Shown: one piece after another, positions 29,194 through 35,571 of the stretch | Layout: every line of letters starts with the position of its first letter | Numbering within the stretch: position 1 is the stretch's first letter | NCBI GenBank assembly: GCA_003169675.1 | Contig: PNAT01000179.1 | Location: forward strand, 3,759 to 67,758 | DNA from: Acidimicrobiaceae bacterium | Lineage (GTDB): Bacteria > Actinomycetota > Acidimicrobiia > Acidimicrobiales > RAAP-2 | Direction: 5' to 3' | DNA length: 64,000 nt | The notes under the pieces: model-generated | Seen by the model: only the letters and a program-made list of their open reading frames with translations | Databases searched by the model: none | What the model was told of the DNA's origin: nothing | Position numbers and translations under genes: made by a program

Positions 29194-29402
29194 TGCTCGA
29201 TGTCTTGGCGCTTCCAGAGCCGTACTCGGCTACTGCTGCGGTCAACTACGGGTGCCGGGAAATCCGAATACCTTTTCAGATACGTCGTAACGCTGCTCGG
29301 ATGGGACAGCCTCAAGATGGCCTGCACCTCAGCAGCACCTATCAAGTCATCAGGATCGATTTTCTCTCCCACGGAAGACAGTCTAGGGAAATCGACAGTC
29401 AC
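29163..29402 (-). CDS. Small helix-turn-helix (AlpA/excisionase-type) DNA-binding protein heading the BREX operon
   Basis: AAEVQAILRLSHPSSVTTYLKRYSDFPAPV...RLWKRQDIEQW is a typical short MerR-superfamily/AlpA-like HTH. Confidence 0.6.
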   Translation of the reverse strand: MTVDFPRLSSVGEKIDPDDLIGAAEVQAILRLSHPSSVTTYLKRYSDFPAPVVDRSSSRVRLWKRQDIEQWFQLREARS

Positions 29403-29504
29403 CTGCTCGGACGACGCAGTGTGAGCGATCTCTTATCTGCACCAGTGGGAGGCACGATCCCGGCCCGCGTCGCCCGAGCCTGAGCACACGCTGAGTCGGG
29501 CCAC

Positions 29505-30407
29505 CTAACTCTCAGCTTCGGAGAGGGTCGAGCTGCAGCTGCTCAGCCCAAAGGGGCCGTCTTCCAACCCAGCGAGGAGCTCCGCGGCGCAGCGCTGGAC
29601 GGTGCGGGCCGTCGCCAGCACAACGTCAACGTCGGCCCCAGACCAGCCCGTCACGTACCCGAGCGAGTAGTCCATTGAGTCAAGGCCGAGCGAATGGCAC
29701 ACCAGATAGGCGACGGACTCCGCCTCGATCTCGTTCAGCTCCCGCCGGTCTGCTCCGAGGACGTTCCCGTGGAGCTTGACGTGGGCCGCCTCGTGGCACA
29801 ACGTCCGGGCCTGGGAAGCTGCCGATCGTCCAGAAATGGCCACCCGGACAACTTGGGTCGAGAAATCGGTCACCCCGTTGGCGCCGCGTCTGTCGGGGAT
29901 GTCGTCGACGAGCAGCACCTGGAAGCCGGCGTCCTCGACCAGCGACGCGAGGTGGGCCCACATGCCCTCGGGGGCGTCTCCTTCCAAGAGCGTGGCCCGG
30001 GCGGGTGACTCGGGCAGCGGTTCACCGGTCGTGTCTGCGATATCGAAGGTGTGCACCAAACGGAACCCAGAGAGCCGGCGCGTACCTGTTGTGTCGCCCG
30101 TTTCCTCGTCCTCCAGCTCGACCCGGCGTGAGCACGGCGCCCAAATGGCGATGCCTCGTGCGCCCTTTACCACCTGGCGTCCGAGCGACTGCCACGTGCG
30201 ATAACCGGCCACATGCGTGGCGTCCCCCCGCTGATGGATGATCATTGCGACATTTGCGGGCGAGTAGGCGTGGAAGCGTCCCATCGCGTTGAGGTAGCGG
30301 AGCCAGCCCTCGGAGCTGGCGACCGACGCCACGGCGTCGATGAGCTGGCGATGGGCGGCATCGAGCTTGGCGCTGCGCTGCTCGGGAGTGGTGCGGGTAC
30401 GTGGCAT
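29505..30407 (-). CDS. ardC: ArdC-like antirestriction protein (ssDNA-binding N-domain plus HExxH metallopeptidase)
   Basis: Trimmed to the ATG at 30407, which has an AGGAGGAA SD. N-domain WLRYLNAMGRFHAYSPANVAMIIHQ...GYRTWQSLGRQVVKGARGIAIWAP. Metallopeptidase motif LCHEAAHVKLHG. Confidence 0.8.
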   Translation of the reverse strand: MPRTRTTPEQRSAKLDAAHRQLIDAVASVASSEGWLRYLNAMGRFHAYSPANVAMIIHQRGDATHVAGYRTWQSLGRQVVKGARGIAIWAPCSRRVELEDEETGDTTGTRRLSGFRLVHTFDIADTTGEPLPESPARATLLEGDAPEGMWAHLASLVEDAGFQVLLVDDIPDRRGANGVTDFSTQVVRVAISGRSAASQARTLCHEAAHVKLHGNVLGADRRELNEIEAESVAYLVCHSLGLDSMDYSLGYVTGWSGADVDVVLATARTVQRCAAELLAGLEDGPFGLSSCSSTLSEAES

Positions 30408-30690
30408 GGTGGTTCCTCCTGTCAAGCGGCGGGCGTTTCCCGCCGATGGAGCAGAAGGGTCTGCCGGGGACCCCGCGACGGTCGAGGGTTTGCCGGCGCA
30501 GCCGGTGGCGAGAACCGGAGCGACCATCGGGAGCGGCGGCTCGCAAGCCCCCTCGACGGCCGACGGGGTGGCAGCACACTGCGAGAACCAGGCGGAAAAC
30601 GATCCTGTGGGAACGTCTGGCTGGAGTCGTTTGGCCTCGTGTCTCTGGCGGGCGTACAAGCCCGCGATCAGGATGAAGACGAGCGAAGCG

Positions 30691-31072
30691 TTACTTCTTC
30701 GGTGGCGGCCCGAATCGAGGCGGTCCGAGTTCGACTTCCGTAGCCACCGGATCGCTGCTGCGGCGCATCGCTGCGAGCTTCTGGCGAGCCCCGGCAAGGC
30801 TGGCTTCGAGTCCCTCAACCTCACCGAGCCAGCCCCGATCGAGCGCCTCGGCCAGTCGGGCCTCGAGGTTCTTCGTGATCTCGGTCAGCCGGCCGAGCTG
30901 TGCGGGGTCGGGGCGCAGCATCGGGCAGCGGATGCAGGCGCGCTCGTGCTGGCAGGGCGTGCCGTTGGCGCGTCCACAGGTGCCGAGCTCAACTTTACGC
31001 CGCTCGAATTGGCCGAGGAAGTCGTTCCACCCGGTGTCGGTGGGTTCGCGGTATTCGACGCTGGGTCAAGTG
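30691..31072 (-). pseudogene. 3' fragment of a tyrosine recombinase gene (C-terminal Cys-rich tail), separated from its 5' part by a 2-kb insertion
   Basis: Translation PSVEYREPTDTGWNDFLGQFERRKVELGTCGRANGTPCQHERACIRCPMLRPDPAQLGRLTEI...GWLGEVEGL is the characteristic tail of a family of actinobacterial integrases. An in-frame stop lies immediately upstream at 31066-31068. Confidence 0.7.
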
Positions 31073-31240
31073 GGCCTTGCACCATTAAAACCCCAGGTCG
31101 GCGACCTGTGATGCAGAGCCGACTTCTGCATCAAAAGCCCGAGCAGAGCGGTGCCACCGTCCACGGCGACAGCCGCTCGTACACGGCCTATCCACGGGTT
31201 CCCGCACCAAAACCCCAGTTCGGGCCTACGGTGACACACG

Positions 31241-31891
31241 GTGTTCGGACAGTCCCCATTTCTGGCCCAAGCTGCTCCCTCCGACACCTGGCTCAACGTC
31301 GTGTTAGGGCTAGCGACCATCGCGACCACTGTTGGCTTCACTGCGGGCGCCATATTCACGGCTCGGTATGGGCGAAGGGCCAGCGTCTCCATCACAGCCA
31401 ACGTCGAGCCGGTCCCTGGGGGCTACTTGATCACCGCCCGTCCATCGGTGAAGGCAGTCGGAGTCTTTCGGGTCAAGTTCACAAGAGGTGACGAGGGTTC
31501 TCAGCTACAGGTGGACCAGGTGTACATCGACGCCCAGTGGCAATCCGTTAGGGTCCCGTCCGAACGCCGCAGCAATCTCTTTGGGGATTCGTTTGTGGAG
31601 GGTGGCGAAGAGCTGCTGACGACCACAGTGATCCCCGTTCCGACCCCGCCTGGTTCGGTGATCGGGTGGTTCCTGTGGGTACAGGTTTGTGCTCCCAACA
31701 GATTCCTGCGTTTGGGTTGGCTTCGCTGGGTCCTCCATCGGAACCCCTTCAAATGGGTGCTTGCACGATCATCGGTTCGATGGCTACGGACCAAGACTCC
31801 AGCATCGATTCGCAGGCGAGTACGCAGAGCCTTCAACGGTTGGCAGTGGACAGATCAGATCTTTGTTTCCATCCCGACAAAGGAAAGTTAG
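31241..31891 (+). CDS. Hypothetical membrane-anchored protein (cargo of the 2-kb element)
   Basis: 216-aa ORF with GTG start and one TM segment (WLNVVLGLATIATTVGFTAGAIF). It appears lower in GC than the surroundings by eye. No motif recognised. Confidence 0.4.
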   Translation: MFGQSPFLAQAAPSDTWLNVVLGLATIATTVGFTAGAIFTARYGRRASVSITANVEPVPGGYLITARPSVKAVGVFRVKFTRGDEGSQLQVDQVYIDAQWQSVRVPSERRSNLFGDSFVEGGEELLTTTVIPVPTPPGSVIGWFLWVQVCAPNRFLRLGWLRWVLHRNPFKWVLARSSVRWLRTKTPASIRRRVRRAFNGWQWTDQIFVSIPTKES

Positions 31892-31914
31892 GCTGATGTC
31901 TGAAGGGAGGCACC

Positions 31915-32187
31915 ATGACGGACCCGGATCAGAATCAATCGGCACCAGAGTCGCCAGCACAGTCTCCAGCTCCGACAGAGGCCCCGCGTACCACCACGGA
32001 GCAGCACATCACGGAATCACGAAAGGCTGCCCAAGGGGACGTTCCGGCGTTCTTCGGTTCTGGAACGGTGGAAGCACCCGTTGGCCAGGCGGCTCCCGAT
32101 GTGCCCCCCACGGCACCAGCAGTGGAACCTGCTGCACAGCAAGCGGCACCCGCCAATGCGCCGGATTCGCCGGGAGACAGCTCCTAA
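31915..32187 (+). CDS. Hypothetical Pro/Ala/Gln-rich low-complexity protein
   Basis: 90-aa ORF with an ATG preceded by GGGAGG. The composition is low-complexity, so coding status is uncertain. Confidence 0.3.
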   Translation: MTDPDQNQSAPESPAQSPAPTEAPRTTTEQHITESRKAAQGDVPAFFGSGTVEAPVGQAAPDVPPTAPAVEPAAQQAAPANAPDSPGDSS

Positions 32188-32341
32188 CCAACCAGCTCGG
32201 TTGGGGTTGTCGAGGCGAACTCGGGCACGTCCAACCCGCACGGTCTGCCCGAAGTGCAAGTCTCCGTACTGGGACATGGCACGGCAGATGCCAAAGGGGT
32301 CCAGTAGGCCCCCAACGGGTACGATTTTGAAGTAACAAGCG

Positions 32342-32413
32342 TGCAGGTGACCAGGGTCGAACTGGCGCTACCGGAGTCAAGGTCCGGGGTGCTAACCGCT
32401 ACACCACACCTGC
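32342..32413 (-). tRNA. tRNA-like gene, anticodon UUG (Gln) if the loop is read canonically; position 33 is C
   Basis: A hand-folded 72-nt cloverleaf. Acceptor stem GCAGGTG/CACCTGC (7 perfect bp), D stem GTGT/GCAC, anticodon stem CCGGA/TCCGG with loop CCTTGAC, T arm GCCAG-TTCGACC-CTGGT, discriminator A. No encoded CCA. Confidence 0.6.
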
Positions 32414-32468
32414 GCTGGACGGGTCTTGGGGGGTTGGGCCGCAAACTTGGCCCCCCTTGACCTGGTCC

Positions 32469-32999
32469 TCATTGACCAGGGGCGGCTCCCGGGAACGCTT
32501 CGCGGAGACGCCTTTCGGCCTCGTCCGACACCAGAACGGCCTCTGTGTAGGGCTTGTCGCTCACGACCCACTGGCCGTAGCCAAGGGACCGGATGCGGCC
32601 CTGAGTGGCCAGGTGTCCGAGTGTGGCGCCTACTGCACCGGGACGGTCATTTCGTCCATGAGCACCCAACCATTTCGTCAGATAGCTGGGTCCGACGGGT
32701 TTGCCGATTTGCCCAAGCGCGAACACGATTGCGTCCGTACGCGCCATGGATTTCAGCACCTTGGCCGTGGCGTCGGCTGGGGTCACCATCGTGGGCTCGG
32801 CGTCCCCGTACCTTTCGGCTGCCGCCCTCAGGGACTCAACCAGCGTTGTCTGCTTCCGGACTTCTTCGTCTGCTTCGTCCAGCCTGACTTGAGCCTGGTC
32901 CCGTGCGGAGCGATGTCCGTTAGCGGCCTCGACCAGCTCGTTCAGGTCTGTAATGGCCCTGTTCAGGGCCTCGTTCAGTGATGGATCTGCCATGAACAT
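32469..32999 (-). CDS. Hypothetical protein, coiled-coil N-terminus plus possible winged-helix C-terminus (cargo of the 2-kb element)
   Basis: 176-aa ORF counted from the first ATG. The segment IVFALGQIGKPVGPSYLTKWL...GHLATQGRIRSLGYGQWVV looks wHTH-like. Weak evidence. Confidence 0.45.
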   Translation of the reverse strand: MFMADPSLNEALNRAITDLNELVEAANGHRSARDQAQVRLDEADEEVRKQTTLVESLRAAAERYGDAEPTMVTPADATAKVLKSMARTDAIVFALGQIGKPVGPSYLTKWLGAHGRNDRPGAVGATLGHLATQGRIRSLGYGQWVVSDKPYTEAVLVSDEAERRLREAFPGAAPGQ

Positions 33000-33092
33000 C
33001 AATCATAGCAAAGAGTTTCAATCATCCGTGCAGGTTCACATGCACCATAAATCAAAACCCATTGATGCAGATGGGGTTTATGGTGCAAGGCC

Positions 33093-33365
33093 GGTCGAAT
33101 GGCACGTCGGTGAGCGATAAAGACTCGGTGGTGGTCGATGACGTCCTGGTCCCCGAGAGTTGATGTAGCCCTGGGTGGTGGCCAGGTTCTCGTGGCCAAG
33201 CAGCTTGGTTGCGATGAGGACCGGGAGTCCAGAGGGGAGGCGACCGCATCGGTGGCGAAGATGCGCCGGAAGTCGTGCGGGGGTCAATCGCAGCGGGCGT
33301 CCGTCGGCTCCTGCCAGTTCGGCGAGACTAGACAGGGCTGCGGTCCGGTCAAGTAGATCCTTCAC
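33093..33365 (-). pseudogene. 5'-truncated, frameshifted fragment of the same tyrosine recombinase (catalytic C-terminal region)
   Basis: Frame A gives ...GLPVLIATKLLGHENLATTQGYI. The expected HDFRRIFATDAV box is present only in another frame (about 33240-33285). DVIDHHRVFIAHRRAIRP continues in a third frame up to the right IR. There is no N-terminal half upstream. Confidence 0.7.
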
Positions 33366-33398
33366 CCAGTTCGGAGCTCTCTGCGACAGCCTGTCGGA

Positions 33399-34196
33399 CT
33401 ACGGAAGCTTTGCCAGAAGTCGCTCGCCGATCCCCAATACGTCCCTCATGACCTCTGCAACGATTTCACGCTCGGAATCAGTCAAGGCGAGAGCCTGGTG
33501 CTTGAGGCGATTCCGATGAAGAGTGTTGAACGTACCGAGAGTGGCGCTGTCTGCCGCTGCCAACAGCCCGGCGGCTTCAGCATCTGTCAGGAGAGTGGGC
33601 CAATTTGGCCCTTTTCCAACTCCGAGCAGAACACGGAGCAAGCCTTCCATTGATGTGTGAAGCTCCTCAATGGCGACTTCCTCCGAGAGGTCTCCGACAA
33701 TCCAACGAGCTACGAGGCTGTCCGAAATTGCGAGGCGTGCGGCGAGCGGACTAGGTGGTTCAGGAATGTCCATGACAGGCCAGAGCCACCGAACCTGGTC
33801 ACGGCCACTTGCTGAGATCGTCGTGCGCTCCTCGTCGCCAACACACCAGGCAATCCAGCGGGCGACAAAAGATACGGCGACATTTCGAGCCTGTCGGCCT
33901 GCCCCAGGACCGACGTACCCTTCAGCAACCAGCGGGAGATCACGCTCCAGTTGCTGGCTCCACGCTGCAATCAGGTAACCGTTGCCGTCAACAGACAAAT
34001 CCCACTCCGTGGAGTCACCGCCGGGGTGGAATCGATACTTCATTCTGAGGCCAAGCGAGCGAGCCCGGCGCTGGGCTGCGAGCATCAAGGCCCGAATCAG
34101 GGGATCGAGCCGAGGAGGTGCTTCAAGGGTTGTTCCGTATCCGGCCATGCACCGATGATACGGAAGAGTCGCCCGTCGTTGCCTGGCTTGACCCAC
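33399..34196 (-). CDS. Hypothetical protein with C-terminal Rx4H motif (possible HEPN-like domain), partner of the TIR-like gene
   Basis: The GTG at 34196 lies 7 nt after the TIR gene stop; an alternative ATG is at 34148. The helical C-terminal part carries LHRNRLKHQ (RNRLKH at 33498-33515). Confidence 0.5.
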   Translation of the reverse strand: MGQARQRRATLPYHRCMAGYGTTLEAPPRLDPLIRALMLAAQRRARSLGLRMKYRFHPGGDSTEWDLSVDGNGYLIAAWSQQLERDLPLVAEGYVGPGAGRQARNVAVSFVARWIAWCVGDEERTTISASGRDQVRWLWPVMDIPEPPSPLAARLAISDSLVARWIVGDLSEEVAIEELHTSMEGLLRVLLGVGKGPNWPTLLTDAEAAGLLAAADSATLGTFNTLHRNRLKHQALALTDSEREIVAEVMRDVLGIGERLLAKLP

Positions 34197-34203
34197 AATT
34201 CAG

Positions 34204-35160
34204 CTACGAGACAGTGAACTCCGTCCACTCAATGCTCTGATTAGGCACACCGTCAGCGGGACGGACGTTGAAGGCTGCAGTAATGAGCTGAGCAGCATAT
34301 CCTTTGGCGGTAACCTGCAGTTCCAACCGCCATGCTCCGTTGGATAGTGACCACGGATACTCGTTGTCGGGCGAATCAATCACCGCTCCAGTAACCTCTG
34401 GTGCCATCCGTGCGAGATTGATAAGAGCAGTGGCTCCTTGAGCGATGGACTTGGAAATCTCACGGCTCGGATGCCACAACAGACGAGCAGGCGCTTGGAT
34501 TGATGGCGCACCCGGTGGGGCAGTAACCGAGGTCATTAGCACCTCGACCTGGTTGAGTTCGCTTTGCGCTCTCACCTCTATTGCCAGCAGCGTCCCTGTA
34601 TGGAGCCCGTCGTGGAGAGGAACGGTTCGTTCACTAAGATCTGCAGCGATACCAGGAAGTTTCGACGGAACAGCCGTCCGAGTCGCTGCTGCAGCCACGG
34701 ACTCTGTCAATTTGCCCCACTCCTCGTCAGTCAGCTCCTGATCCTCAGCTCTGCCTATCCTTTTCGCGATCTCGGTCAGAGCTTGATTGACCTTCTTGCG
34801 GTCGCCAATCCGTGCACCCTCTACCTTGATCGGCAGTGGGCCGGGGATATCTCCTGGCTCCACGTCAACGAACAGCGGGACAACCAGCCGATCCTTCGCC
34901 CATACCGTGGCCGTCTCCCACACGACCCAAGGCCGACCTGCTGACTCCTTCGTCAAGACTGCAACCAACGCCTTGGCATTGAGCAACCCTTCGTCGAACA
35001 TCCTCTTCAAGGGGTCCGAGCCAACCTCGGTGCTGTCGGGTGAGAAGAACACCTCGGCTTCTGGGAAGTGGGCTTGCAAAATCGGTTGCAGCACAGCTGC
35101 AACACCTTCGCTGGCCACTCCACCCCAAGAGAGGAAGATCACGTCTTTGTCTGCGCTCAT
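34204..35160 (-). CDS. TIR-like domain protein with unknown beta-rich C-terminal domain
   Basis: The N-terminal ~130 aa are DVIFLSWGG...AEVFFSPDS...AKALVAVLTKESAGRPWVVWETATVW. This fits the TIR pattern: an (F/I)-(L/I)-S strand, then S..W...E with a conserved Glu (E82 by my count). Confidence 0.55.
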   Translation of the reverse strand: MSADKDVIFLSWGGVASEGVAAVLQPILQAHFPEAEVFFSPDSTEVGSDPLKRMFDEGLLNAKALVAVLTKESAGRPWVVWETATVWAKDRLVVPLFVDVEPGDIPGPLPIKVEGARIGDRKKVNQALTEIAKRIGRAEDQELTDEEWGKLTESVAAAATRTAVPSKLPGIAADLSERTVPLHDGLHTGTLLAIEVRAQSELNQVEVLMTSVTAPPGAPSIQAPARLLWHPSREISKSIAQGATALINLARMAPEVTGAVIDSPDNEYPWSLSNGAWRLELQVTAKGYAAQLITAAFNVRPADGVPNQSIEWTEFTVS

Positions 35161-35571
35161 GCTCAGCTGTCCTTCGGTGCTCGTGGAGAATCGACGTTTG
35201 TCTGTTTCAGACGAAGATAGTGGTAGGCGGTCTCCCGACTGATCCCGTGCACTTCGAGTCAGCGGCTACGTCCTCACGGCGCTGGGGATACACGTAGGGG
35301 GGAGGACCTCCGAATCGGCCGGAGCTAGAAGCCGGAGCTCTGCCAGAGTCGCATCTGCGCAGAGACCTTACGGAGGGTCAATAGAACGCACCAGCACCCC
35401 GGATATCTGGAGGCTGTTAGGCGGGATCACTGGTGTGACCCGACGCTTCACAACCCTACGGCTCTCCCCTGTGATAGCGCCGCGCTTCTCGATCTGCTCA
35501 AAGCCACCACCAAGGGAGTCGGAGGCGAGGCCAACCAGGTGGGCGTCCGGATGCGGCCGGACCCCTGCTGA

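Larger units (their letters stand above)
31073..33092. mobile_element. ~2.0-kb insertion with imperfect terminal inverted repeats (GGCCTTGCACCAT[T]AAA[A]CCCCA), no recognisable transposase
   Basis: The left IR is at 31073-31095 and the right IR at 33072-33092 (reverse complement), with the first 13 nt identical. The subterminal motif TGATGCAGA occurs at 31109-31117 and 33063-71, and its complement at 31125-31133. The flanking 9-mers are CATTCGACC and CACTTGACC. Removing the element plus one 9-mer restores the frame AIRPSVEYREPT. Confidence 0.65.

Noticed and set aside
32426-32454. GGGGGG...CCCCCC hairpin downstream of gene 32469-32999, a possible terminator
   Set aside because: The stem is only 6 G:C pairs plus wobble pairs, and no T-tract follows on the relevant strand. 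The evidence is not strong enough to call.
35161-35571. Short HTH-like peptide (LEVHGISRETAYHYLRLKQ, minus strand about 35165-35250) and other fragments upstream of the TIR-like gene
   Set aside because: At most about 31 codons remain between stops, with no start or SD context. It is probably the remnant of a recombinase or transposase HTH. It is too short to call as a gene and is mentioned only as context.
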